Origin: an uncultured Methanosarcinales archaeon
GTDB taxonomy: Archaea > Nanobdellota > Nanobdellia > Woesearchaeales > GW2011-AR9
Length of the DNA: 64,000 nucleotides
NCBI GenBank assembly: GCA_964552945.1
Contig: CAZKIP010000002.1
Coordinates: 136,990 to 200,989 of the forward strand
Direction of reading: 5' to 3'
Below are positions 1 through 10,092 of this stretch, piece after piece (position 1 is the stretch's first letter; each line of letters starts with the position of its first letter). Made by a program: the position numbers and the translations under genes. The notes under the pieces were generated by a model. It was not told the origin of the DNA, made no database searches, and worked only from the letters and a program-made list of their open reading frames with translations.

Positions 1-165
1 TAACATTTTGTATAAAGTGTTACGTAGTGCGTCGAAGGCCATATTTCGCACAAAAAGAGGGGGCTAATTTTCAAAATTTTTTGCGTCAAAAAAAGAGTTT
101 TATCAATTCTAAAACTTTTAATCATGGGTCGAAAGTTTTATATATTATTTTGACAAAATATTTTT

Positions 166-489
166 GTGGTTTTCAGAAAAATTGTGAGAGTGGACTCTCC
201 GGATGATTTTTATCATCCTCAGCATTTTGTTTCAAAATTTTTGCCAAGCATTTCTGCCGAACATGTCCATAGAAATTCGATGATTGTTGGCGACAGCAAA
301 AGTGTTGTAAGACAAGTGTATCATTTGCCCAATATGGGTGCTACATTAAAATATTCTAGTACTCATTCAGCATTAGATTCTTCTAAACCTTATGCAGTTA
401 CTATCTCGGTCCACGGATCAGATGAGGCTCTTTCAGAATTTGAAACACTTTTGACAGCTGCCGAGAAAAAGAATTATTCTTCCAAATAA
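166..489 (+). CDS. hypothetical protein (107 aa)
   Basis: GTG-start ORF downstream of a BRE/TATA-like CGAAAGTTTTATATA (about 130-144), followed by a T-run; no motif recognised. Confidence 0.55.
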   Translation: MVFRKIVRVDSPDDFYHPQHFVSKFLPSISAEHVHRNSMIVGDSKSVVRQVYHLPNMGATLKYSSTHSALDSSKPYAVTISVHGSDEALSEFETLLTAAEKKNYSSK

Positions 490-676
490 TTTTTTATTGT
501 ATGTTCACCCCTCATTAAGTTTCAATTGTTGCTTAAAAGTTATTGTTTTTAAACTTTTTATTTATTCTTTAATTTTTAGAAACTGCTCACTAAAACTTTT
601 AAGTTTTTCACGGAATGTGTGTAGGCATTATTTGTTGTCAACTCTTTAAATTTTGAAAGCAAAAATAGAGGAATTG

Positions 677-874
677 TCATTTGTCCGATTTCAACCTCAA
701 TTTTGGACTTATCCTATCTTTCAATGCCTTAAAGGTAATATCCTCAACATGATCTAACAACAATTGTTTTTTTTCATTTTCTAAATTTGTTAAGAATACA
801 TCTAAGCGCTTGTTTCCAGATACATCTAGCTTCTTTTTTCTCTTTTTACCACCCATTTTGATGGTATATTTCAA
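677..874 (-). CDS. small basic hypothetical protein (start possibly at the internal Met, MGGKKRKKK)
   Basis: ORF fills an otherwise empty gap divergent from the 971 operon; no homology recognised. Confidence 0.4.
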   Translation of the reverse strand: MKYTIKMGGKKRKKKLDVSGNKRLDVFLTNLENEKKQLLLDHVEDITFKALKDRISPKLRLKSDK

Positions 875-926
875 AATTATATAAATTTTTGTGAGAATTG
901 GTTGTCACTAATTAGTAATTTTTATA

Positions 927-941
927 GGAAAACTTTATAAA
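927..941 (+). promoter_or_regulatory. archaeal BRE+TATA promoter of the 971-10980 operon
   Basis: GGAAAAC-TTTATAAA about 30 bp upstream of ATG 971. Confidence 0.6.
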
Positions 942-970
942 AAAGCAATACGACTGAGTAGTGAATACAT

Positions 971-3900
971 ATGGCTTCAAAAAGATCATCTATTGCATCG
1001 CATAGAACTGCTGGTTCTCGTAGAAGTACCTCTTCCTCTTCTATACCTATTCGTTCTGTTGAACATTCTTATGAAATAAGGTTTGATAAAAAAGTTTCTG
1101 CAAAGGACAAAATGAAGGTTTGTTTAAAAATTGATGATAGAGGTGATCCTGGAACCTCTTATAAGAAATTAGGTGACGAACATAATCCTGGTGGTTTGCT
1201 AGTCACTGGAATGAGAGCGAATATAGATAAAATGCATGATGTCGTTAGAAGCGCTGACGTTTTTGATTATTCTGTACGTGAAATAGATGAATCTGATGGC
1301 GATCAAAGAGCTTTTGGTGAATTATTAGAGCATGAACGCACAAAAAATGAACTTGGTGCATCTAGAATATCAAATTCAGAATTGTCTCAAGAAGTATCTT
1401 TTTTAAAATCTAAAAACCAGAGTGTCACAGATAATTTAACATTAGTTGCTTCTGATTTAAGGAGTTCATTAGAAACATTGGCCTCTTCAGTTGGTGTTTC
1501 GGCACCTACAGACGATGTTTTTTCTGACAGAGATACTCTAGCTGACTATGTTGCTAAATTGGCTTCAGAATGTGATTCTAGGGTTGCAGCAGCTACTGTT
1601 TCAGTCATTCAAAGGGAAAGGGACGAATATCACCAGAAGGTAGATGATTTAGAAGCTCAATTAACTACATTAAGTGAAGATTTTGCTAATTTAAAAAGTG
1701 ATTCTGAATCAAAAGAATTCGAACGCGACAGAGATCTCACTGCAAAGTCTGATAAAATTAATACTTTAACAGCAGACAATCTTGGTAAGAGAAGAGAAAT
1801 CAGAAGTTTATCAACAAAAGTTGCCAATCTTGATGTGAAAGTCGAAGGTTTGAGAACTATTAACAGAAATACTGAAGCTGAAAAAAAGTTATATAGAGCT
1901 CATCTAAAAATAGTTTATGATGCATTGACTTCTGTAGCAAGTCTTGTTGATATCCAACTTCCACCTTACATGGATTTAATTAAACTATCTGAAACCAATT
2001 CAACTACATTTGAGGACGAATTAAATGTACAATACAAGTTAATTGAAGACAAAATAGGTTCCATGTCTACTGAAACTAGAGTTGTAGATCCTGATGGGAT
2101 TGAAATTCCTACCGATGCCAGTGCTTTGCTAAAATATTACAAAGAAAAAGCCAATAAAAAGGAAGAAGAATTGGTTGTTTTAACTATAGATCATGATAAA
2201 TTAACTGTTACTTATGCTAATTTGACTAATAAGCAGGGTAAATTAATAACCGATTACAATGCATTAGTAGGTAGATTCAATAATTTGTTATCTGTGAAAA
2301 ATGATCTCGCAGCAAAACACGCATCCGCTGAAAAAGAATTAGATAAAGCAAAAGATGATTTGAAATGGAAAGATCGAAGAGTAACTGATTTAAAATATAT
2401 AGTAACATCATTAGAAGAAAAATTAAATGGAGATCTTCTTCCAGATCCAAATGCTGAATTTTTACCTACTTCCCTTTGCTATGTTTTGGGGGTTTGGAAT
2501 CATAAATTGATTGGTGATATCAAGAAAAAGATTGATAACAGACTTTCACAATCGTCAAAATCAAACAACTCATTCTATGGTAATCATAGAGAGATTGTTG
2601 GTGGTAACATTGTATGGAGATACAGCGCCCTTGATAGTGAATTAACTACAGTCCTAAAAGATGATTTTGGTTTCAGTGATTCCGAATTAGCAGATAAAGA
2701 AGCTGCAGTAAAAGCATATTTTACTTACAATAAAAATAAAGAATTCTCCAATTGGGAGGATGACAAATTGGTGACCCCTAGAGAGTTATCATTGGCATTC
2801 AGAAAAACTATGAGTGGAGTTCGAAGAATGATTAAGCACGGTATCTCTACATTACCTAAATACACCGAGCAAGAGAAAGAAACTATTGATGGTGCTTACA
2901 TGAGACCTTACCTGTGGGGAGAAATAAAAAGCATTTTCTGTGAAAGAAAAAGTCATGACCTTGATATGCGTGAACCTTTCCCAGTTTATTCAGACAGGAT
3001 TGATGATTTAGAGGAACTTCTTACATCTGTAAGAGGAAAGATGGCAGAAATTGAAGGCACTCTATCAGAAAGAGAAGATTACATCTCACAATTAGAATCA
3101 GACATTGCAGATGCTAAATCTGAAATTGAAACTTCAAATGTGCAAATAGCAGAATTGGAAGCAAAAACTTCAATAAGTGATGACATAACTGCTGAGGAGT
3201 TGTTTGTTTTAGCATTCCAAAGAAATGGAATCGTAAGTAATTTTAATGCAGTTGCAAACCAATATTCGGCTATTCCATCTGGTTCAACTGATGATTTAGA
3301 AATTTTGGCAAGAGGAGAAATAGGAACTATTTTAAGAGGAATCTATGAACAGAAGATAATTACTCCCTCCAAATTGGCAAGATTAATAAAAGCAAGAAGT
3401 GACGAACTTGATGTTGATAAACTTGAATCAGCATTGCATAAAATAGCTTTACCTTTTGAACAATCTGAAGGATATAAACAAAGCAATATTGATTATGTTA
3501 GAGCTAAAGGACTGAAGAAAGCTTTTCATGCAGTTAGAAAAGACGATGATACTACTGAAGCCAAAATAAAATCTGAAGCATTAGATGTGATTAGAGCTTA
3601 TGAAAAAGATGAGAAGGATTATCTAGAAGCTCAAAAAACTGCTCAAAATATTTTATCAGTTTTACCAACCCTTAAGGAATCATATAGAGAAGCTAATACA
3701 AGATCAGGACAAGTTCTGGAAGATATGGCTAGCTCACCAGTTGAAGCCACAATTGAATGTGTTGCTTATGGAGTTAATGAAGGAGATTACAGAGTATCCT
3801 TTTTATTGTTACCAAAGTTTGCAGATATTGTTACACCTTTAGGTCTTCAGCTAACTAAAACATCAAGAGAAATTCTTGCACCATATGGTCGAGAAGATGA

Positions 3901-4093
3901 CCCTGTCACAATTTCAGAAGCTAATGGCTCTTTAAGGGTAGATGTTAACTATTCATCTAAAGAAATTTTAGGAGAAAATGGTGTTGAAGAACTGATCCAA
4001 GTATTTCAGAAAGGAATTGCCAATTCTCTCTTGGGACAAATGGGAGTAAATTTGAAAGTGAAAAATGTAGGAGAGGTCAGGAATTATGAGTGA
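971..4093 (+). CDS. large coiled-coil protein (1040 aa) with globular N-terminal, central and C-terminal segments
   Basis: Long heptad-rich stretches (about aa 115-490 and 675-735), Ser/Arg-rich N-tail; no Walker A/B, so not SMC. Confidence 0.8.
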   Translation: MASKRSSIASHRTAGSRRSTSSSSIPIRSVEHSYEIRFDKKVSAKDKMKVCLKIDDRGDPGTSYKKLGDEHNPGGLLVTGMRANIDKMHDVVRSADVFDYSVREIDESDGDQRAFGELLEHERTKNELGASRISNSELSQEVSFLKSKNQSVTDNLTLVASDLRSSLETLASSVGVSAPTDDVFSDRDTLADYVAKLASECDSRVAAATVSVIQRERDEYHQKVDDLEAQLTTLSEDFANLKSDSESKEFERDRDLTAKSDKINTLTADNLGKRREIRSLSTKVANLDVKVEGLRTINRNTEAEKKLYRAHLKIVYDALTSVASLVDIQLPPYMDLIKLSETNSTTFEDELNVQYKLIEDKIGSMSTETRVVDPDGIEIPTDASALLKYYKEKANKKEEELVVLTIDHDKLTVTYANLTNKQGKLITDYNALVGRFNNLLSVKNDLAAKHASAEKELDKAKDDLKWKDRRVTDLKYIVTSLEEKLNGDLLPDPNAEFLPTSLCYVLGVWNHKLIGDIKKKIDNRLSQSSKSNNSFYGNHREIVGGNIVWRYSALDSELTTVLKDDFGFSDSELADKEAAVKAYFTYNKNKEFSNWEDDKLVTPRELSLAFRKTMSGVRRMIKHGISTLPKYTEQEKETIDGAYMRPYLWGEIKSIFCERKSHDLDMREPFPVYSDRIDDLEELLTSVRGKMAEIEGTLSEREDYISQLESDIADAKSEIETSNVQIAELEAKTSISDDITAEELFVLAFQRNGIVSNFNAVANQYSAIPSGSTDDLEILARGEIGTILRGIYEQKIITPSKLARLIKARSDELDVDKLESALHKIALPFEQSEGYKQSNIDYVRAKGLKKAFHAVRKDDDTTEAKIKSEALDVIRAYEKDEKDYLEAQKTAQNILSVLPTLKESYREANTRSGQVLEDMASSPVEATIECVAYGVNEGDYRVSFLLLPKFADIVTPLGLQLTKTSREILAPYGREDDPVTISEANGSLRVDVNYSSKEILGENGVEELIQVFQKGIANSLLGQMGVNLKVKNVGEVRNYE

Positions 4094-5825
4094 AGAAAAA
4101 ACAATTGAAGAACTTGTAATGGATGGTGTTCTTAACCCTACACAAGTAGCAAGGTTGTTTTCTGACAAAAACTTTAATCCTAATCACAGATATACACCTG
4201 AACAATTATCTGGTTTTCTTAGTGATATTAGTGATGTTGTTACTGCAGGTGATGAAAATGAAAAAATTAATTCGGATGTTAACGTTGAAAATGAAGGCTT
4301 GTTATTTGTTTATGACCCTAAAAATCACGTTAATTATGTCACGGTTATAGAAAATGGTAAACCTAACTTTTCTCTTAGTCCTACAGGTGAGTTAGATCAA
4401 TCCAAAGTAATTCCAAGTTTAAATCCATTGATTAAAGTTTTGGCAAGCTCTGGAGCTACTGATGAGTCAGAAGCAAGGGTTCTATACAGAGGAAGTTGTG
4501 AAAAAGATAAAGCAGCAAATAATGATGGAAATGATGAAATTGAGAATAATGACAATGATAAAAAGAAGAAAAAGAAAAAAAGAAAACCCAGGAAGAAGAA
4601 ACCAGGATTCATTGTTGATGAACTTGCAGTTGATTGGTTTATTAATAATAGAAAGAGTATAATCTCAGAATACTTAAATCCTGAATCAAAACCTGGCAAG
4701 CAAACTGAACTTAAAGGAGAAGCTGCTGTAGCATCATTAGGTTTGAAGAGAGTAGAAGAGCTGAATCGTAAAGGGATGGTGGCATATTTTCAACCATGGG
4801 GTGGGTTCATAAAGAAGAATAAAGGTAGCATCAGAACACAAAGAACCATTTATATTTCAAAAGTAAGCATGGATGATAGATTTAGCTCAATTGTTAGTGA
4901 TTTTTATGACAAATTTGAATTGTTACCAAGAGATGAAAATGGTGTTCCAAATGTCTTAGGAATGTTTGTTAAACCATCTTTAGAAGATAAAGTAAAAAAT
5001 GTAGAAAGTCCTCAACAACTTATTACCTATTCTGAAGGTAGAAATCATTCTATATCAAAAAGTATTTACAAATGGTTCGAAAAAGAAATTTCTGATAAAG
5101 GACTTGATGTTAAAATTCAAATGGCGGTTGAAGTTCTGAGAAACGATATTCGTTCAAATAAATTCATGAGGAAGATGGATAAATCAATACAAAGAAGAGT
5201 TAGAGAATGTAGTGCAATTTGGGTTATGTATGCGTCTGCTGGTGAAGAAATGGCAAATAATTCATATTTAAAAGAAGATGTTCTTCCTGAATTAGAAGAC
5301 CCTGATAGAAGAAGCGTGGATAAGCAGTTTGATGTAGCGTGTCATCTTGCAAAAAGAACTATGGACCCATCAATTAATTATTCATTTACTAAGTATCGTT
5401 TCCATCTCAGAGGTTTATGGTTACAAGGGAAATTAGTAAAAGAGGAGGAGGAAGAATTAACGGGTAAAGGATTTGAAGTAACTTATATAACTCCAGTTAG
5501 CCATGTAATACAAAGAGATTCACGATACACTCCTATATTGATTGATTCTTTTAGAAACCTTCTTGAAGATGGGAGAATATCTGGTGAAGATTTAAAATTG
5601 GAAAAGTCTGAGGACTGCGCAAAGTTAGGAGCAAGGTTATACTTCAATTTAAGAGAAGCTGAGAGAAGTAAATTTACTTGGCTTAAAAATGATACCATTT
5701 TATCTAGTAAGGAAAGAAATTATTATGTTTTCAACGTTCTTAAATTTTGGGCTGGAATGAATAGAGATGGGTTAAAACAAGTTGCTGCTGATTATAATGC
5801 ATCAAAAAGTGTAAAAGTGGAGTAA
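4086..5825 (+). CDS. hypothetical protein (579 aa) with an Asn/Asp-rich then poly-Lys tract
   Basis: Long ORF overlapping the upstream stop, with GGAGAGG upstream; no family recognised. Confidence 0.8.
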   Translation: MSEEKTIEELVMDGVLNPTQVARLFSDKNFNPNHRYTPEQLSGFLSDISDVVTAGDENEKINSDVNVENEGLLFVYDPKNHVNYVTVIENGKPNFSLSPTGELDQSKVIPSLNPLIKVLASSGATDESEARVLYRGSCEKDKAANNDGNDEIENNDNDKKKKKKKRKPRKKKPGFIVDELAVDWFINNRKSIISEYLNPESKPGKQTELKGEAAVASLGLKRVEELNRKGMVAYFQPWGGFIKKNKGSIRTQRTIYISKVSMDDRFSSIVSDFYDKFELLPRDENGVPNVLGMFVKPSLEDKVKNVESPQQLITYSEGRNHSISKSIYKWFEKEISDKGLDVKIQMAVEVLRNDIRSNKFMRKMDKSIQRRVRECSAIWVMYASAGEEMANNSYLKEDVLPELEDPDRRSVDKQFDVACHLAKRTMDPSINYSFTKYRFHLRGLWLQGKLVKEEEEELTGKGFEVTYITPVSHVIQRDSRYTPILIDSFRNLLEDGRISGEDLKLEKSEDCAKLGARLYFNLREAERSKFTWLKNDTILSSKERNYYVFNVLKFWAGMNRDGLKQVAADYNASKSVKVE

Positions 5826-8800
5826 GTGATTAAAATGTCTTCTGATCCTACTTCTTGGAACTTGGAAGAGCGGTTATCTTTGGTTCTTGAAACTCTTGGA
5901 AAACTGCCTCCTGATTTTAGATGGTCTGCTGATCCCTACCTAAATAAGTTAAGAGATGAATCATTACGAAGAGGGAGTTCTGTTGAAGAAATATTCAATG
6001 CATTGGGTGGACAAAGTTTCTTTAATAGTGTTGAAGTTACAATCCCTTCTCTAAGGCAAGCTTTGGTTGCAGAACAAATTGCTAGAGCGGGTTTTTTGCA
6101 TGGTAGAAAACTGGTTGATCCAAGTATACCTGGGAGTCGTAAGACAGGTGGAGCGTTGATCGCCATAGATGCCATCAACAGAAAATATCTGCCTCAATTG
6201 ACAGGTTCTTTAGACAGAAAAGTAAAAACATTGTATTTCTGTCCGGGCCATCTTATTCCAAAAATGCAAAGTGAAGCACACCTGTTTCTAGGAGATGATA
6301 GAATAATTGTACCTATAACTCAAAAGAATAGAGAAAGGGACATTGAAAGAGCTTCAAAGGATGATGTTGATCTTGTGTTACTATCTGACTCAATGTGTTA
6401 TCAAAGTTTAAGACCAGAAAAAAATGATGATTTAGTTAACCAGTATTCATTTAATAAGTTCATCTCAGCAATGGCCGAGTTTAAAACAGTGAACGATGCT
6501 GCAAATGGGTTAGCAAAAATTATTGGAAAAAAAAGTATTTTTAGGAACTTCATGTCAAAAAATCCTCCCAAGCATGAAATAGTTGAAAGAATTGTAACTG
6601 AAAGAATTAAGGGAGAGCAAGACTCAGTGATGGAATCATTAAGAAAGAAAGTTTTTCCTAGTGATGGATTATATTATGTCATTCTCGATGAAATTCATAA
6701 CATAGTATCTCCTGATTCAGCTAGAGCAACAACAATAGAAGACTTTTTTCGTAGCTCAAGATGGGGGGTTGCCTTAACTGGAACACTTATTGGTAATTAT
6801 GTTTCAAATGACAGGTTTCTTGCTTACTTGTTAGGAATTGTTGGCGATCCCGAACATTATAATAGATTGGTAACAAATGATCCACAAAAAGTAAGAATGG
6901 TTTTCAAGCCATATACAACATTTCCAATTATTTCAGATATTAGAACAATTGATCCTGATATTCCTGAAACTACTAGAGGATTTATTAATTACGATCCATT
7001 AGAAGAAATAGTTAGACTTCATGTAGAGCTAGAAGACGCAAAATGTTTCTCAGTTGGTGAGAAAGTTTTGATATCAAGGTATCTTCTAACCAATCCCGAA
7101 AAGGTACATCCAGACAATTTTATTGATCCAGCAGAAGGAACTTTATGGTACAGAGCAGAAAGTTTCTTTAATGATCCAGAGAGATTAGATTTGTTAGAAA
7201 AATCTATTGAAAAAGGTTCCAATCGTGTCAAAGCATTAAAAAATTATTTGATTCAAACAGAACCTGATGAAAAAGCACTGATCTTTACTGTGCATACTTC
7301 TTTAACCACGAGATATTTGCAAGAAGAGTTAGAAAAATCAGGGTTCAAATTTGAAATAATTGACAAATCGGTCCCTACAGAGGTTGACGAAAATGGTCTT
7401 TCAGAGAGAATGATAAGATGGCAAAGAGCACTTTATAATCCAGAAATGAAAGGGCTTATTGGTTCTGTTGGGACATGCAAGGAAGGATTGGATGGCCAAA
7501 TGTATTCTTCAATTGTATATTATGAATCTCCCACCGTTTGGTTTGAGAAAAAACAAGGAGACGGAAGAGGTGAAAGAAGTGGACAAAGAAATAATTTACA
7601 AATTATGGAAATGATGGCAACTGGAATTCCAACTGATAAAATAATTCATGATTTTAGATCAGGAAAAGGAATGAAACCAAAAGAATTTTATCATGGTGAT
7701 GATTTAGATCTGAAAGAATTGGAATCATTCCTTAAAAAGATTGCAGAAGACAGAATTCCACAATTGGCAATTTTGAAAAATCTTGATTCAAGAGGACATT
7801 TATCATTATTTTTTAATTCAAATGTAGGCATAGGTTCGAAAGGATTCTATAAATCATTAACAACACATAATAATCACGTCTTTATGGTTGAAAGATTTAA
7901 TATCAATTATGATAGTTCTCATTCGGCAAATGTAGGACGCATGCTCCATTCAATTATTAGTGAAGGCATTGAAATTCTACCAGAAGAGAATTCTGAAAAT
8001 AACCCAGAAAAAATTTCACTTGAAAAATTAGCCAATAAAGAATTTGATGAAATAATTGATTTGGGTTCAGGATGTGCTGTTTATTCTAGAGCATCATCTA
8101 AACGAACAACTTGTGTTGACTTATCTGGAAGACAAATGGATTATGGTAGAGAAGCCTGTGAACAAAAAGGCATCAACGGAAACAAATATTATCTTGGTAG
8201 CATACATGATTTGTCTTCACTAGTATCATTGGATAATACGGAATACGACTTGTTTGTACCTGATAAAACCTATCATAATAAAGAAGGAATAAATGATAAT
8301 TCATTGGATTTGGCAGTTTGTTCAAATGCATTTTATTATTTGAATCAAGATGAAAGAAAAGACTTTTTCATTGAAATGAAGAACAAAATCAAGGATCAAC
8401 ATTATTTGGTAATGGTAGTTCCACGTTCAAAAATCTCCTCAGAATGTGAAGAAAAATTCTTACAGGATATAGAAGAGTCCGGATTTGAAATTGAAAAAAA
8501 TTTATCAGGAGAATATGCTGCTTTAAAATCTCATGATTCTGAAACTGGAAGAAGTGCAAGAAAATCAAGTTTTAGAAGTATTGTCATTATTGCTAAGAAT
8601 AATAAATATCATCAACCAAATTTTTCTTCAGATAGAGATTATTTTGTTCTGCAAAATGAATATGAGGTAAGAGACGGGAATCCTAACAAAAGAGACATTG
8701 AACACGCTGATGATGTTACCAAATCACCAAAAATTATATGTGATAGTTTTTACAAAGCAAGAAAGCTCTCTTATGCCACTAAAGAAACAGAAATTTCTAC

Positions 8801-8933
8801 AGGTATTGAATCTGATTCCAATGTCGTGGAAACACCTGCAATTGAACCGACATCAGTTTATCAAAGGCCAGATTTAAAAGAGGGATTTACTGATGCACTA
8901 AACGCATTTTCGGAGGTTTTTGGAGATGACTGA
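5826..8933 (+). CDS. SF2 (SNF2-like) helicase/ATPase fused to a C-terminal class I SAM-dependent methyltransferase
   Basis: Walker A-like PGSRKT, motif Ia LYFCPGHL, II ILDEIHN, III LTGT, IV KALIFT, V TCKEGLD, VI QGDGRGERSGQ; MTase motif I IIDLGSG, then CVDLS and DLAVCSNAFYYL; likely start ATG 5835. Confidence 0.8.
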   Translation: MIKMSSDPTSWNLEERLSLVLETLGKLPPDFRWSADPYLNKLRDESLRRGSSVEEIFNALGGQSFFNSVEVTIPSLRQALVAEQIARAGFLHGRKLVDPSIPGSRKTGGALIAIDAINRKYLPQLTGSLDRKVKTLYFCPGHLIPKMQSEAHLFLGDDRIIVPITQKNRERDIERASKDDVDLVLLSDSMCYQSLRPEKNDDLVNQYSFNKFISAMAEFKTVNDAANGLAKIIGKKSIFRNFMSKNPPKHEIVERIVTERIKGEQDSVMESLRKKVFPSDGLYYVILDEIHNIVSPDSARATTIEDFFRSSRWGVALTGTLIGNYVSNDRFLAYLLGIVGDPEHYNRLVTNDPQKVRMVFKPYTTFPIISDIRTIDPDIPETTRGFINYDPLEEIVRLHVELEDAKCFSVGEKVLISRYLLTNPEKVHPDNFIDPAEGTLWYRAESFFNDPERLDLLEKSIEKGSNRVKALKNYLIQTEPDEKALIFTVHTSLTTRYLQEELEKSGFKFEIIDKSVPTEVDENGLSERMIRWQRALYNPEMKGLIGSVGTCKEGLDGQMYSSIVYYESPTVWFEKKQGDGRGERSGQRNNLQIMEMMATGIPTDKIIHDFRSGKGMKPKEFYHGDDLDLKELESFLKKIAEDRIPQLAILKNLDSRGHLSLFFNSNVGIGSKGFYKSLTTHNNHVFMVERFNINYDSSHSANVGRMLHSIISEGIEILPEENSENNPEKISLEKLANKEFDEIIDLGSGCAVYSRASSKRTTCVDLSGRQMDYGREACEQKGINGNKYYLGSIHDLSSLVSLDNTEYDLFVPDKTYHNKEGINDNSLDLAVCSNAFYYLNQDERKDFFIEMKNKIKDQHYLVMVVPRSKISSECEEKFLQDIEESGFEIEKNLSGEYAALKSHDSETGRSARKSSFRSIVIIAKNNKYHQPNFSSDRDYFVLQNEYEVRDGNPNKRDIEHADDVTKSPKIICDSFYKARKLSYATKETEISTGIESDSNVVETPAIEPTSVYQRPDLKEGFTDALNAFSEVFGDD

Positions 8934-10038
8934 TCCTGTTGATATAAATCAATTGAAGAATCAAGCCAATGATTTAGGAAAAATTTTGGTTGATAATTTT
9001 GATAAACACAGACTCAACCCATTGTTTACATTATGGGGAGTTTCATTTTATTGGGGTTCGAGCGGTTTTTTTGAACAAGCCAGGAGTCAATATAAGAAAT
9101 TTGTTCCCACTGTATTTGATTTAGCAAACGAACGTAGTATGAATGCTACATTGCGAACTATTCCAAAAAGAAGTGGTATTGCATTCCAATACACTGCACA
9201 TTGTCTTAGTAATAGAGATTTGATTGAAATCCTCATGAGGGATTTAATTGATGATCAAGATTTGGGAGAAAAAGTACAGGATATTATTTCTGATAAAAGG
9301 TTAATCATTGAATCAGCATCTAGATATGTTTCTCTACATAAACATGGTGTTTTGTCAGAAGATGTTGATTTTATTAGTTATCTTTTGAGGTACAATCCTG
9401 ATGATGTTTCAATTAACATGGAATCAAACGAATATGGCGGTATATTTGTTCCATTGGGAGAGAGATTACTTTATCGTTTTGAAAATAAGGCAGAAGATTC
9501 AATTTTTTCTGTAGATCATCCAATGTTAGATGAAGCGTCTGAGTTACATCAAAGAGCAGTTTATGGAAAACAGAAATTAGATCAAGAATTAATTGATATG
9601 TATCATGATGTTAAGAAAAAAAATACTGATTCTGATTCAAGAACAAATGGTTCAAATGGTATAAAAATTGATGATGATAGTAGCACTAAAGTTACTAAAT
9701 TGTATTTTCCTGGGATGAGGAGAGTTAGGGTGAGAAGCAATTCTACAAATGTAAACTGGGAAAAATTCTTTGATTACAGAAATAAAGAATTAAAAATCTC
9801 CTCTTCACTAAATCCTACCGAAATTTATATAAATATGACCAAAGAATTCTTAATAAAAGAATATGAAAGTAAATTCATGCAAAATCCTGAGGGCGCATTA
9901 AATTGTTTGCAAGGAAAGATAGGGGCAAGCAAAGGGATTAAAAAAAGAGTTCTTGAAGAAGTTTATGAAACTTTCAAGGGAGCGTATGAACTAATACACT
10001 CTCCAAATCTTAATCATAATTTGAGGTTAAACAAATAA
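8926..10038 (+). CDS. hypothetical protein (about 370 aa)
   Basis: ATG 8926 overlaps the end of the helicase gene, GGAGG at 8912-8916; no family recognised. Confidence 0.75.
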   Translation: MTDPVDINQLKNQANDLGKILVDNFDKHRLNPLFTLWGVSFYWGSSGFFEQARSQYKKFVPTVFDLANERSMNATLRTIPKRSGIAFQYTAHCLSNRDLIEILMRDLIDDQDLGEKVQDIISDKRLIIESASRYVSLHKHGVLSEDVDFISYLLRYNPDDVSINMESNEYGGIFVPLGERLLYRFENKAEDSIFSVDHPMLDEASELHQRAVYGKQKLDQELIDMYHDVKKKNTDSDSRTNGSNGIKIDDDSSTKVTKLYFPGMRRVRVRSNSTNVNWEKFFDYRNKELKISSSLNPTEIYINMTKEFLIKEYESKFMQNPEGALNCLQGKIGASKGIKKRVLEEVYETFKGAYELIHSPNLNHNLRLNK

Positions 10039-10092
10039 TTAAAACATGATTTGAAATATAAATGAAACAAAAATATATGCGAGGAAAAATAA

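Noticed and set aside
20-70. GC-richer patch with a small GTGCG...CGCAC stem as a tRNA or ncRNA
   Set aside because: No cloverleaf or T-loop consensus; too short, and upstream context is missing
971-4093. SMC/Rad50 or Wadjet JetC call for the coiled-coil protein
   Set aside because: No Walker A at the N-terminus and no signature or Walker B at the C-terminus
4397-4699. Antisense Phe-rich ORFs (also 25010-25393, 37891-38208, 45260-45526, 28515-28856 and similar)
   Set aside because: Shadow ORFs opposite well-supported genes, produced by Lys/Arg-rich codons on the coding strand
5826-8933. Type ISP/IIG/III restriction-modification enzyme
   Set aside because: No NPPY/DPPY motif, and no recognisable nuclease or target-recognition domain
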